Shown: positions 1 through 12,267 of the stretch, piece after piece
How positions within the stretch are numbered: position 1 is the stretch's first letter
Layout of the letters: the number at the start of each line of letters is the position of its first letter
NCBI GenBank assembly: GCA_030141605.1
Contig: JAQGDQ010000218.1
Coordinates: 306,706-370,705 of the forward strand
Length of the DNA stretch: 64,000 nt
DNA from: Tubiluchus corallicola
Taxonomy: Eukaryota; Animalia; Priapulida
Reading direction: 5' to 3'
Made by a program: the position numbers and the translations under genes
Notes under the pieces: generated by a model
What the model was told of the DNA's origin: nothing
The model's input: the letters and a program-made list of their open reading frames with translations, nothing else
Databases searched by the model: none

Positions 1-2489
1 TGGAGTCACGTTTGCCATTTTACATACCGTTGGAAATTCGCCTCTCATAATTATCTGATTAGCAATGTAAGTCATATGCGGGGCTATTACAGATGCGCTA
101 TCTTTTAGAATTTTGATAGGAATATCTGATGGTCCACTCCCTTTGTTGGAACTTAGGTTATTTAATATGTCGTTAATTTCTCCTACTGTGACGCTTTTGA
201 ATGAGAATACTGTGTTAGACGATTTGTTTTTTAATTTATTAATTATATTATTGTTAATATGAGAAGCCACTCCCTTAAAATTTCCAAGATTCAGGAATAT
301 TGCATTTAGCGCATTGGCAATATCTTTGGGTTTTGTAATAACAGTGTTGTTGATCTTAATTTCGTCAACACGCGTTAGTTTGTTACGGCATTTATTTATT
401 ACATTGTTAATAATTTTCCATTTTTCTTTGGTATTTGTTGCGTTTTTACATTGTTGTTGTATATGTTTATTTTTCAAGCATTTATTAAGATTATTAAATT
501 GATTTCTCTTTTTTTATAATTGTTATGATTGTTTTTAGTTTTGTTCTTTTCCCATATATTATACATTCTGTTTTTCGCTATTCTTAGTTTGTCAAGTTCA
601 GGTGTTGTCCAGGTACTTTCGTTATTGAGTTTGCTTTGTTGTGGGATTTGCTTTACGTTTTTATATGGTGCATGTACATTAAGGCAATATTCGACATTAT
701 ATGTCAGAATATTAACTTGTGTATCTATTTTATCAGTCATATATATGGAGGTCCAGTTCATTTTTGCTAAGTCGATTAAGTATGAATGTTTGTTGTATTG
801 GGCGTAGTCTCTCATTAAATGCCAGACTGAATTTTGGTTATTATTATGCTGTGGGGTCATTTTATCTACTAATATTATGAAATGATGATCTGAATAATCA
901 CACGGGAAAGTATCATATGCTACGAAATTATTGTTACTATTCGAAATGAAATGGTCGATTACTGTGGCTGATGTTTTAGAAATTCGAGTAGGTTTATTGT
1001 TGTTAAGTATGTGGACATTATATTGTTTTAAAAGCTCTGTGTATGTTTTGTATGCCAGTGTGTTTGTAGCTAAAATATCAAGGTTGAAATCGCCCATTAT
1101 AAGTACTTTTTTATTTTCGAAAACACTGCGTTCTAGTTCTTCACTAAAGTATTTGAAAAATGTTTTGTGTTTGAGATTGGGTGGTCTATATATGGTTCCT
1201 ATTACATAGTTCTCAATGCTGCACCAAACAGATTCAATTTTGCCAGTTCTGATGCCTTTCATTTCTTGTGGTCTCAGGTGTGAAGGTATATACATCGCAA
1301 CCCCTCCACCTTTCTTATTTTTACATCTATCTCTTCTTATTAATGTGTGATTAGGTAATTCTATAGTGTTGCTAAGTATTTGTTTATGTAGCCAAGTTTC
1401 TGTTATGCCTACAATCAGATTTTCGGTGGCGTGAATTGTATCTTTCAGCAGCCAGTGTTTTTTGACGAGACTTTGAATATTTATATTTAGAAATTTGATG
1501 TTCTTTTTATAAGTAATCATGAATTTTTTTAGCTTATCACTGGTATTATTATTGTTGGTGTTATTATTATTATTATTTGGCAAAATGGGTCCAGGGTTAG
1601 TTTCGATACCACCAAGTATAAGTAGTAAACGAATTATGGTTAAAATGTAAGCCAGTTCAGAACATGAGTATAGAGTGCTTTCAAATTTAGATGAAATCTG
1701 TAATTTTTCCAATTTTTTTAGAGCTACGTATTTTAGATTGACATGACGCATTTGTCTTATAGCACTGAGGTACACAACTTTTAAGATGGATACAAATCTT
1801 TTTAAAATAAATTGCATAGAGTGTCTTATTCTATCGCTATTTACAGGAAAAGCAATGAAAAAGTTGTTTAAATTACCTTTAGTCATTACATTACAAATTA
1901 CTGTTACGTAGATCATTTTCAGTTTTAGTATGGAGAGTAATGTACGTAGTATAACTAAGACGTAAGCATAGTTACAATAAAAGAACTTAACTGTTTGATA
2001 TTTGGCGTTAAATATACAAAGGCTCCCATGATCACAAATAAATTTGGTAATTTTATGATAAGATACGTTAGAAATATCAACTATGATACAAGAAGTAAAT
2101 TCGTATGGTTTCCAAAATGTACCTATTAACACAAATAAAATAACTTTAACTTGCAGTTTTTTTGCAGTAATACAGCAGCATAGTATCAAGCTTACACAGT
2201 AAAACGTTACACATGCGTGGTAAATTAATTTTAGAACGATCATAAGGATACTAATATCGATTGTGAGTAAAAGGGCTTGTATAGAATACAGTACTATAAG
2301 AAGTAAATATTTCCTATTATGTAATAACGTGGGTGAGATAATTGTTATTATAATACTAGTATACACAATTGTTACGTTATAATCTTTACACGAGTTAGGA
2401 TGGATTGGCCTATTTTGCCATATTATGTAAAAATTCACTAGCAGCAGTGCTAAAAATTTTCTGTTATTCAGTGTCATCATTAAAATCAT
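1..2489 (-). CDS. LINE ORF2 (hydrophobic leader, 2A-like motif, APE endonuclease, start of RT) with one frameshift at T7 run 509-515
   Basis: APE motifs NINIQS, GITETWL, GGGVAMY, IYRPP, MGDFN, PTRI..TVIDHF, SDH. Adding one A at 509-515 continues the frame open to base 1 (YKKKRNQFN...WKIIN...NKGSGPSDIPIKILK...FPTVCKMANVTP). Confidence 0.88.
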
Positions 2490-2585
2490 AATAGAATAGT
2501 AAAAAAAGGAGTTTTATAACAGGTTTACGCAGACTAGCTTTAAAGTTCAGAGTAATGTCTAAAACCAAGCTAAACGATACTAGGC

Positions 2586-4139
2586 CTATATGAACTTGGA
2601 GATAAGCTCTTTAAAGGCTTTGGTTAGTATGTTTTCAATCTCGGATTTTACAACTGGTTCCTGAGTTAACAGCAGCGGTTCATTTTGGCTTGGCAGTGTT
2701 GTAGAACATTTATTAGGATAATGAGCTTTAGCCGATTCTGTGTAGTACAAACTGCTTCGTTCAGATGGCTCTCTCCGGTTCGAAACGGAGTAGGCTCGCT
2801 GTGGGTCGTTAATTACTGGCGTTGGGAGAAGACCAGGTTTCTTAACTGCGTCTGAATAGCTGGTATTGTGAGATGAACCAATACGTAAATTAAACGAGTT
2901 ATTTAGGCGCGAAATTGCAGAATTGTGTTGGTATGGGTTTGTATGGGACATTGGCTTGCGTCTTGTTTTCACGTACCAACGCTTAGGATCATTGTGTAAA
3001 CATAAGTTCAGTCGTTCTGCTAATTTTGATACACCAGCACGACTTAAATGTAAACCGTCTCTTGCCATTAACCCTTCAGCTAAAAAATGACTTTGAATGT
3101 TGCACAATAAATAGCCCTCTTTGTTAGCTAAATAGACTAGATCATCATTGAAAGAGCGTATAAGCTCGTTTGTCAGAAAGATATTACATGGTTTTGCATT
3201 AAAATGCTTACTTTTTGAAGTCAGCGGTATATTACAAATAAAAATGTTTGCAGCTTTAAACTTACTTGCAATGTTTTTTGCACAGTTGTCTGCAATTGTA
3301 ATGATGTCTCTAACTGATGATTCTTTGTCGATTTGCTGTCCAACCTCGTCGCATTTTTGCGCTAGCCGTCTTATGTCATTTACACCACAAGCGATGATCA
3401 CATTTTCAAGCTTCATAGCTGGATAATGGTTTAACACTTTTGTGCTTAACTCTTCTAATGTTAAGCCTCTGTATGAGTGTACCTGGACGTTTTGCCCGAT
3501 GTCCTTTGGATTTAAGTATACGGTCCGTGAGTCTCCCAGGACTAGCGTTTGAGTGGTTGCATGTATGGTCTTATGATTTTTCCTTCTTTGATTCACAGTT
3601 ATTGTGGCATTGCAAGTTTCCTTTTCCTGCAAGGTTTCGCCCTGCGATGGAAGGTCATTATTGCCGTGTTTCGATGAGGAGGTGTCTCCATTCACAAGCA
3701 AAGTTTGACTTGCTTCATCTGTGTGACTGGGATCTTTGGAGGAATTATCACTTGTTTGGTTGCTTACATTTCGTTTTCTTTTTTGTAGTTCAGAGAGTTC
3801 CGTTGATAATTTATGAACCTTTTCGATGAGAGTTGACTGCTCTTTATAGCTGGCAGCTAGTTTTGACTCCAAGCATTGAATTGTCTTTTTACTCTCTTTT
3901 TCCTCATTTTTGGTTTTTATTTGTAAGGCAATTAGCATTTGTTTATATCGTTCGCCCTCTGGATCACCAACAAGTACGAAGTCGGGAAACACAATTTCTG
4001 CCGCCTCGTGTCCATCATTTCCCATATTCGTCGTTTGCCTATGTTTTTTGAAGCACCTTTCGCACGTTGCAAGAAATAGCTGATTTTTATTTATTGGATT
4101 TTTTGCACTTTTGCAAAGCGTGCAACTTTTCCTTGCCAT
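2586..4139 (-). CDS. LINE ORF1: N-terminal CxxC..CxxC finger, coiled coil, SGNH/GDSL esterase domain
   Basis: 517-aa ORF with CTLC...CERC, a heptad-rich segment, and SGNH blocks LVLGDS, YRG, CGVND and DGLHL, as in CR1/L2 ORF1 esterases. Confidence 0.88.
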   Translation of the reverse strand: MARKSCTLCKSAKNPINKNQLFLATCERCFKKHRQTTNMGNDGHEAAEIVFPDFVLVGDPEGERYKQMLIALQIKTKNEEKESKKTIQCLESKLAASYKEQSTLIEKVHKLSTELSELQKRKRNVSNQTSDNSSKDPSHTDEASQTLLVNGDTSSSKHGNNDLPSQGETLQEKETCNATITVNQRRKNHKTIHATTQTLVLGDSRTVYLNPKDIGQNVQVHSYRGLTLEELSTKVLNHYPAMKLENVIIACGVNDIRRLAQKCDEVGQQIDKESSVRDIITIADNCAKNIASKFKAANIFICNIPLTSKSKHFNAKPCNIFLTNELIRSFNDDLVYLANKEGYLLCNIQSHFLAEGLMARDGLHLSRAGVSKLAERLNLCLHNDPKRWYVKTRRKPMSHTNPYQHNSAISRLNNSFNLRIGSSHNTSYSDAVKKPGLLPTPVINDPQRAYSVSNRREPSERSSLYYTESAKAHYPNKCSTTLPSQNEPLLLTQEPVVKSEIENILTKAFKELISKFI

Positions 4140-4680
4140 TCATGTATGTCTTTTAACATATACTTTGTTCGACGTAGTATCTTTTAACTATAAGTAAATT
4201 TGTACAGCCTTGGCCTCACGGCCTAATCACAATCTATTCAACACTAACTGGTATAATTAGCAACCGGAGCACGAGACAAACGATGTGCACCGGACAACTG
4301 ACAACTGACCATCTTGACTCTTAAATCTTGAAAATCGTACATAAGTTTTTTCCCTCTTTAGAATTTTTCAGCAAGCTCACAAAATGTCTTCCAGAAGCTC
4401 CGTTATTGGGGATCAATTTCTCCGGAAGTGTTTAATAGGGTTGATAAAACAATAAACTCCTGACAAAGTTTTTCACCCGGCCAAAACTTGTAGAGTAATC
4501 TGAATATATTAGCTCAAAGTTCATAGTTCTCTAATATCGAATTTGACAATTCATAAATATGATATTATATTGTTTGTATTTTTCCCTGCAAGTTTATGTA
4601 AAAAAAAGCTCCCTTGAAACTCTGTAATCCAGCCGTACTTAGTTTCCAATAATTCAGACCCGCAAATGTGTAGACGTTAC

Positions 4681-4779
4681 CTGGTGTTTTCCATGCTCAT
4701 CCATGCGGATTCCTTCCGCGGCGATTTGTTTCGCTCTGACGAAGATCGCATCCGTGACTGTCTGTTTGCTCATTATCAT
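4681..4779 (-). CDS. Probable first coding exon of a divergently oriented gene with an MIT-like N-terminal helix (VPS9D1-like is one possibility)
   Basis: ATG at 4779; 33 codons MIMSKQTVTDAIFVRAKQIAAEGIRMDEHGKHQ ending in CAG|gtaac; CpG-rich. The A..A..I..D..G pattern resembles MIT helix 1. No further exons seen in the window. Confidence 0.45.
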
Positions 4780-5160
4780 CTAACGACAGCAGCTGAACGA
4801 ATAAAAACATTTTTTGATGAAATGGTGACACTTTTATAAGTTTTTTACTGTTAAATTACATTCTTACCTAATGCAGTACCAAAATGAATAAAAACATTTT
4901 TTTCAAGAAATGATTCAACATGTCCAACATTAGTACGTTTGTTACAATAAAATTAACGCAGGTTAGTTCTCAGTTAAACAATGCTAAAATTAGCTTCACC
5001 TTGTCTGAATTTTTTATTTGCATTAACTTTGCTTATTTTTTCAAAATTGACCTTTTCCGGTTGCAAGCTGGACCTTCGGCATCCGGCGCTGCTAAAGAGA
5101 CAGATTGTCCAAATGTACCCAAAAAGCAATAAATCTAGCCTTTTTCAGACAATCTTAGTC

Positions 5161-5575
5161 TATTGAGTAGGTTAGTCTGGTGTACACTTGCGTGATCGTA
5201 CACACTATTTTATTGATCGCCTGGTTGCTACAGCCCGAGAGAAGTGTCTGCTGTGAAGAACTCGAGGAAAACTAACAGATCAGCCAAGGACAAACTAAGG
5301 TTGTCTTGTCTTTTAAGAGGAATTTCTCCTTAAAAATAGAGTAGACTTGAAGCCAAAGTGTATAGACTGTTGCATTAGCTTTGCTATAATTTTCTGCATT
5401 AGCCAATTTCACACAAGTGGCACTGTACATTGTTATAGTGCAAACACTGCAGTTACTGAAAGCTTTTTTTATTTTTCTTCATTAACAATTGGTTTTTAAT
5501 TTGTTTAAGGTGAGCAAATGCATTTCATAAATAACTTTGCATGAAAATCCATTGTCTGAGGAGTAGAAACCTACA
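5161..5575 (+). repeat. Dispersed unclassified repeat (second copy 40208-40620)
   Basis: tattgagtag.ttagtctg.tgtacacttgc.tgatc.tacacact... aligns over about 400 bp with 40208-40620. Confidence 0.75.
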
Positions 5576-6556
5576 AAAAAGGCTTAAGGTCCTGAAGGAG
5601 TTAATATTGTGATCTTATATATTACTAGTAATATAAACATATGGGGGGCAGGCCTGCAAGTAGCGGAAGTTGTGAAAGTGCCGGAATTCCGTCTCTTCGA
5701 TCAGCTTGCACAGTCAGTCAGCTATCAATAAGCAGTGTAGCGATGAGGAAATGTGACAGAAATCTATCTCTTCTGTCTGTTCTAGCTGTCAAGCAGCAAA
5801 AGTGAAGAAACTTCAGCTTTTCGTGTGGGGTAGCGCCTGTGGAACAGGCCAGCAAGTAACTGAGAAAGCAGAAACCCCTCAATTCTATCTATTCTATCTG
5901 TATCCTGCTCTTGAGCTAACAGAATTGAATGAAGTTGAGTCCGAGTTGAATGTCTAGCTCCCATGCCCAGTGCTGCCATCTACAGCAGCTTTTTTTCAAC
6001 CACTTGCTGGTGAGCAAATAAACAGTGAACCACCTAAACTGCCAGTGTGCCGATACTTCCAATGACATGACCCTTGTCCTGATATCACTTTACACCACAC
6101 AGCCCTGTCACCCGTAATCGCCCATGTCTCTGTATTTTTGATATTTAATGGTGTATTGATAAGATCTTTTTGGATGAAATTGATGTAAGTCAGCAGCTGT
6201 CTTCTTAGCGGTTTCTTTTCTTTCTGCAGTGCTTCTCTGAAAGCTAATTTTAGAGCCATCATCTGGTAGTTTTATAACATGTTGTAACCATCTTAATCTT
6301 CTCCTTTTGATTTTAACTATCCATTCCTCTGCCTTGACTTTATTATACCCGATCCTGCTTTAATATTTTCCTGAGATTTTATTCCTAGGCTAGAGTTTCT
6401 TCTGTGGAATGCATCAATTTCAGATTTGTGTTGTGCTTTGAATATCCATAATTCTGAGTTGTGGAGAAACTAAATTCCCACAATTGCAGCAAAGATTCTT
6501 AATTTGTTTCTACACTGACCCTTTTACTTTCAAAAATTTTGGAATATGCAGCTAAT

Positions 6557-8398
6557 TTGATTTCAAGCCTGTTTCACAGGATCAGGTAAATAAGTACCTC
6601 AGTGCCATTGGTAACAAAAAGGCGACTGGCCTTGACAATATTCCTGTAAAAATTCTGAAACTAGTCAAAGAGGCCTTTCTGCCTCAATTAACTGGTCTCA
6701 TAAATCAGATGTTTGACTGTTCAGTTTTTCCAGATGAATTTAAGCATGCTCGCGTCACCCCAGTGTTCAAAAAAGATGATGCGCTGAACAAGAAAAACTA
6801 CCGTCCAGTCAGTGTTCTTCCTATAGCTTCAAAGGTGTTTGAGAGAGCCATGGTGGACCAGCTTGGCGACCATATGTCCCGACACTTTCACCCACTCTTG
6901 TCAGCCTACCGTAGTGGATACAGCTGCCAGTCAGCACTGTTAGGGTTAACCGAAGAGTGGAGGAAGGGACTGGAGGCCGGTAACTATGTTGGTGCCATCC
7001 TGATGGATCTTTCAAAGGCGTTTGACAGCCTTCCACACAATTTATTGTTGGAAAAGTTAAGGTGCTATAATTTATCAGAAAATGCTGTAAATTTGATCAA
7101 AAGCTACCTTACTGACAGAAAACAACTTGTTCAGATCGGGAACGTCAAGAGCTCACCCCTTCCTATGGATAAAGGCGTTCCTCAGGGATCCTTAACTGGA
7201 CCTGTACTTTTTAATTGTTTTATTAATGATATCTTCCATTTTGTCAGTAAATCCACCTTGTACAACTATGCTGATGATAATACTGTTTCCTACTCCAGTA
7301 AATCATTTAATGATATGAAACAAACCTTAGAAGTTGAAAGTAACGCACTGGTCGACTGGTTTGCTTCCAACCAGTTTCAGGGGATTGCTGTGGGCAAAAT
7401 TACACACGACCTGAAACCTACTTTCAACATCAAAGGAGCGGATATTGAATGTACAGATGAGGTGAAACTTCTTGGTGTAAATATAGACTATCGCCTGAAT
7501 TTTGACTCGCACATTTCAGCCCTGTGCAAAAAAGCAGCTAAACAGATTAATGTTCTACGCCGTATTGGGCGAAACCTGTCGGTAAAATGTCGAAAACTCA
7601 TCTACCTTTCGTTTGTCAAGTCGAATTTTAATTTCTGCCCCGTAATCTGGCATTTCTGTAGTACATCAAATAGCCAGAAGTTAGAGCGTTTGAATTTCAG
7701 AGCGCTCCGTCTAGATTATAATTATTTCGAAAGTACCTACGAAAATCTATTGTTTAAAGACAATTTTGTGTCTCTTCAACTTCAGAGACAACGTCTCATT
7801 GCTATCGAAGTATTCAAGATTTTGTCCAAAAACTGCCCGTCCTATCTCTATGGACTGATAGAGGAACGAAAGCAAAACCGCTACTTCCTCAGAAAAATGA
7901 ACACTGCAGAACACCCTACATATGATGGTGTTACATACGGAAAGAAAAGTTTCTCTTATTATGGAGCCACATTGTGGAATGAATTACCAAACTGTCTCCG
8001 AATGGCCGAAAATCTTGGGGAATTTAAACGTCTAATTAACTCATGGACTGGTGCATCATGTAAATGTGCCATTTGTAAATTCAGCGAACTTCCCAATTTT
8101 ATTAAGTCTTAATTAAATGCTGAATGTGTTGGCAGGAAAATTTTTTATTGACCATAGCTTTTTGTGTAAATTTTAGAAAATGTCACTGCCTAAATTTTTA
8201 CTGTCTCAAATTTTTACTGTCTTTCATGTAGGTGGCATCTAAAAGTTTTTAAGAAGTACATATTATTACCATGTTATCGCTCATATACATTATGTTTGAT
8301 ATCGGTTTACGAGCTTTAAGCTCATGTTTTACAAATATGTACTGTTTTATATCATACCGATGAAAATAAATATTATCTTATCTAATAATAAATATTAT
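6557..8398 (+). mobile_element. 5'-truncated CR1/L2-group (Crack-like) LINE: RT domain and 3'UTR
   Basis: RT ORF to 8112, AATAAA/TTATC tail near 8365-8400, ctaat repeated at both junctions (6552-6556 and 8399-8403). Confidence 0.9.
6709..8112 (+). CDS. Reverse transcriptase (LINE ORF2 C-terminal half), probably inactive
   Basis: NYRPVS, DLSKAFD, GVPQGS, YADD, LLGV, C-terminal W.G..CKC..C. 5'-truncated and apparently lacking about 7 aa at WFASN-QFQ, where MxANPxK is usual. Confidence 0.9.
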   Translation: MFDCSVFPDEFKHARVTPVFKKDDALNKKNYRPVSVLPIASKVFERAMVDQLGDHMSRHFHPLLSAYRSGYSCQSALLGLTEEWRKGLEAGNYVGAILMDLSKAFDSLPHNLLLEKLRCYNLSENAVNLIKSYLTDRKQLVQIGNVKSSPLPMDKGVPQGSLTGPVLFNCFINDIFHFVSKSTLYNYADDNTVSYSSKSFNDMKQTLEVESNALVDWFASNQFQGIAVGKITHDLKPTFNIKGADIECTDEVKLLGVNIDYRLNFDSHISALCKKAAKQINVLRRIGRNLSVKCRKLIYLSFVKSNFNFCPVIWHFCSTSNSQKLERLNFRALRLDYNYFESTYENLLFKDNFVSLQLQRQRLIAIEVFKILSKNCPSYLYGLIEERKQNRYFLRKMNTAEHPTYDGVTYGKKSFSYYGATLWNELPNCLRMAENLGEFKRLINSWTGASCKCAICKFSELPNFIKS

Positions 8399-8999
8399 CT
8401 AATGCTAACGTTTTTCTTCTTGGCGTAACTTCTTAAAACTCACTTCCCAGCAGCGTGAAATGTCACTATGCAAGATCTTAGACAAGTTTGTTTGTCGTGC
8501 CTTTCCGTATTTTTTCACGACTTATTTCTATGTTCATAGTTTTGCACTTGGTCAATTAATTAATTTATTAATAATTAGTCATTCAATTAATCATCTTTAC
8601 CTACCTTATGATGCTTAGGTTCTTTTTGCAAAGTACAAATTCTGCCTGGGTTCTAATCCTGGGTTATAAATGTCAGATATTAGGTCTTCAAGTGAAGTTT
8701 TATAATTGCAGACCAGATCTTTTGTTACACAATAGCTATCCAGCCACATTGTTTAAACAAAAGTGCTTAGGTCTCTGTCAGAGACATGTGTCATTATTAT
8801 ATGCATGGATAAAAAAATTTGCTCGCCTGATCCACTCTTTTATTAGCCTGTACCAGATGGCGAGTGCCATCTGGTAGTGAATGTTAGCCGACTGATCAGT
8901 ATTTTTGGATTCCAGTTAGTTCATCTTTTGTCTACTGAGCACAGTTTGTCTGCTTCCTTGTGCACCAGCTTGCGTGATATTATAAGAGATTTCTAGTAC

Positions 9000-10480
9000 A
9001 TGCAAATTTGTCCAAGTAGATTTGAAGGTGCTGTTACAGTAGTGCTATTGATAATATATCTTCAAGCATTGAATTCCATAATTCCATAGGTTTACCTCCG
9101 CATTTGAGAAACTAAACTTGTATACATCCAACCTGAACTGTCTTTTATATATTTTATACCTGTGTCCTCTTGTTACTGAGGGGCAGCAATCAAAGAACAT
9201 TGCAGGATATAATGAAGTCCGAAACACCTGTGAACATTTTACACATTTCGATTAGATGTCCTCTAGTAGGCTACGTCTATGTTCAGGGCTGTGTAGTTTG
9301 AGTTCCTGTAGTTTGTCCTCGTATGCACTGTTGTTTAACCCAGAGAAATTTTCACTGTTCTCCCTTGGATTTTCGATAGAGCTGAAAATAATATCTTTGA
9401 CATAACGTGGGTTCCCCAAACTTGGCTTGATATTCAATGTGTGGCCTGACTAAGGTTTTATATATTGGTACGTTTCTATTCATACTAAGAATAGTTTTAA
9501 AGGTGGCTCCAAGTATCTGATTTTCCTTGGCAACTTTAACATCATTGACAGGTATTCGAAATTTGAGTTGGTTGTCCACAACAACACCCAAGCCTTTCTC
9601 AGAAGTAACCAATGGCAGGAATCTCCCATGAAATTGATAACCTAAATCACCTTGCAAGTCAGATTGTAACAGATTGTAACTAGGATACACACCATGTAAG
9701 CTTAACATGCAAATTTGCTCAGTTTCGAGATGATACTGCTATCAATGTTGTCAATAGTCCTAGTACACTGCCTTGGGGTACTCCAGAAATAATTAACTGG
9801 AAGTGTCAATGATTGTTAGTTTTGTACTGTCTGTTAGCTTTCTATTTGTCAACCATTCTTTGGTCCAACTAAAAAGTTTACCAAGGACACCATGGGCTTG
9901 TAGTTCGACAAGTACACATTGATGAGGTGCCCTATCAAAAGTCCAAGGTCCAAATATCCCAAGTCCAAATATGTAATACCAACTGAAGACCCAGTGTCAA
10001 TATAACTCAAAGAAGTCTAACAGATTGGTCACAATTGAACGTCATTTGAATAGTAAATTATTGCTAAATAACTTAGTGAAAATGTTCTGCATCTGCACTA
10101 CAAGTATTTTACAGGCTATCTTGTCAAGGAGATTGGTCTATATAGTTGCTGCTACACTTCTGGAACCTTATGTATTGGCGTAATAGTAGAGAGCTTCTTT
10201 CTAGTGTGTTTGCATCTATCAATGATTTACGGTAGACAATAGTTGATGGTTCAGTAATTATACAGTGCAGTTTTAAGTACATAGTTTAATGCAATAGATC
10301 AAGTCCTGGTGCAGAGTTGACATTAGTGTTTTGGTAATAATCCTCCTTAATATCAATGTCTTAACTGTAGTGGTATATCGGTTGTAGAATCAATTGAAGG
10401 TAACGTTGACACATTCTCACTAGTAAACAAGGTGTTGAAAACCTCATTCAGAATTTTCAGCCAGATAATGAGGGTCTGTC
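9000..10480 (-). mobile_element. Heavily degenerate CR1-type LINE (RT and C-terminus)
   Basis: Fragments EKGLGVVVDNQLKF, YKTLVRPHIEY, TRGHRYKIYK and a GVPQG remnant near 9775, with many stops and frameshifts. Confidence 0.75.
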
Positions 10481-11734
10481 ACTTGTTCACCATTTAAAAA
10501 TTGAAAAATCTTTATAATAATGATTACTAAATTATCGTAATGATAATAATCATATCGTTAACCATTTTTAATCATTACTAGGTCAATTAAGACCTAGCAA
10601 AATGTAATTAAAATTCACAGATGGACACGTTTAAATAGTAGCCGAGCATAGTCGATATTGCCAATTTACCATTCTCATCTTCATCATCATCATCTTTTTC
10701 TTGTTCATCATCATCATAATTTTCACAATCATCATCATTATTCTCGAGAAATTTTTTTTAAAAAAATATCAAAGGTTTTGTCTCCTTGCATTACATTTTA
10801 ATGATGATCTTTTCTTTTATGTTGATTTAAGCATCTGAACATTTTGTTGACAGACTTTGATGCACGGATGTGCAGATACAAACATAGTTTTTATACTGAC
10901 TCTATGGTAATTGTAAGCATCTAGAAAAAAGATGATGCAGCCTGGAATACTTTGTTTTTTTCTAGAAACAGTCGAACCCGATCGCTTTCTGAACAGTGAA
11001 TATACAGTTTTCGTTTGTAGAATAACGTATGAATAAGGTATGAAAACATTTTTTTATTTATTTTTGTTTTCTTTGTTTATTTTTTATCTTCCGTTTTCTT
11101 TCTTTAATCTCTTCCATCCCTTTTACTGGTGACTTCTGTGATGTTCCTTTGCTTTTTGTGTTAGTATTCCATGTAAATAAATTCGAATTAAACCAACTAA
11201 AGTTACGTTGCTCGATGGTTTGATGTAAAGGTGATACTTATTGCCGAAGACTGCAATTCAAGGCAGTAATTTTGAGTTCAAGAAATGGGAATATTAATTT
11301 TGCTCTTATTTGCCTAAGTATTTTACCCTTTTTTCCAAGTTATAATAATAGTATTAGTTTGTATTTTAATGAATAAGACATTCTTGAACGACAGTATTAT
11401 TTGCTTTATTTTGGTAGGGAGATTTTAGACAGACATTTTATTTATCTTCTCATTTACACCAGAACACAAATAGACTATTATTGCTATAGTTATTAATTAA
11501 ACAGGATGAATGATGTATGAAGGAAAGAGTTTGTGGGGTGCAGGAGAAAGGGTAGCGAAAGACCAATTGGTCATCAAGTCAGCTACCCAAGTAAACATTT
11601 AAATAAAATGTTTACGTGTCTGATTATTTCATCTCAGTATCTGACTAGGCTTGTTCTGATATCGATCGTAGATTGGATTATTTTACAGTTTCGTTCATCT
11701 TCAATTGTTTCAATACAAAATGTCGTGATATATT

Positions 11735-12240
11735 GTGCACATTGAGAAAGTCGCTAACCAAAGGATTGGTCTAATCAAAAGTGCCACAGTATGCTGCAAA
11801 GCCAAAGTCTTCATTCTTTTGTACAAATCACTAGTTAGGCCTGTCTTAGAGTGCGCGGCTTCTGTTTGGTCTTCTCAGTTTTCTACTATCATCTATGCTT
11901 ACGGTTTTCCCAAGGATTTCGACTGGGACAGTGTTTCTACTTTAGAACAGCAAAGGGCAACAATTGACTTAGTTAATGCATATGAAGTAATAAATGAGAA
12001 CTGGCACATCAATCCAAATTCTTTTTTCTATCGCCCATACAGACAACTTGAAGGTCATGGTCATAAACTCTTTGTTCCATCTGTCATGTAAAATATTCAT
12101 TAACATTTCTTTATTAACAGAGTCGTTCTTCGTTGGAACAAACTGTATGACAATGTTGAAAGATCAGATTCCATAAACAAATTTAAATCAGCGGAGGTGT
12201 GCACCCTGTGCCATAATACTAGCTCACCTAATCTGTTTGA
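11735..12240 (+). mobile_element. Degenerate CR1-type LINE 3' fragment
   Basis: LYKSLVRPVLECAASVWS and L.GHGHKLF motifs. Confidence 0.7.
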
Positions 12241-12267
12241 AGGTAAGTGTAACACTCTACTATAAGA

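Larger units (their letters stand above)
1..4300 (-). mobile_element. CR1/L2-group (Crack/L2-like) non-LTR retrotransposon, 5' part; continues off the left edge
   Basis: Two tandem minus-strand ORFs: esterase-type ORF1, then ORF2 with APE endonuclease and the linker into RT. The 5' boundary (~4300) is approximate. Confidence 0.9.
5990..8600 (-). mobile_element. Degenerate RTE/RTE-X-like LINE 3' fragment, split by a younger LINE insertion at 6557-8398
   Basis: Minus-strand remnant IKRRRLRWLQHV. Joining 8404+ to 6556- restores LLGS..EVTPRRKTLALAAYSK. Boundaries approximate. Confidence 0.6.
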
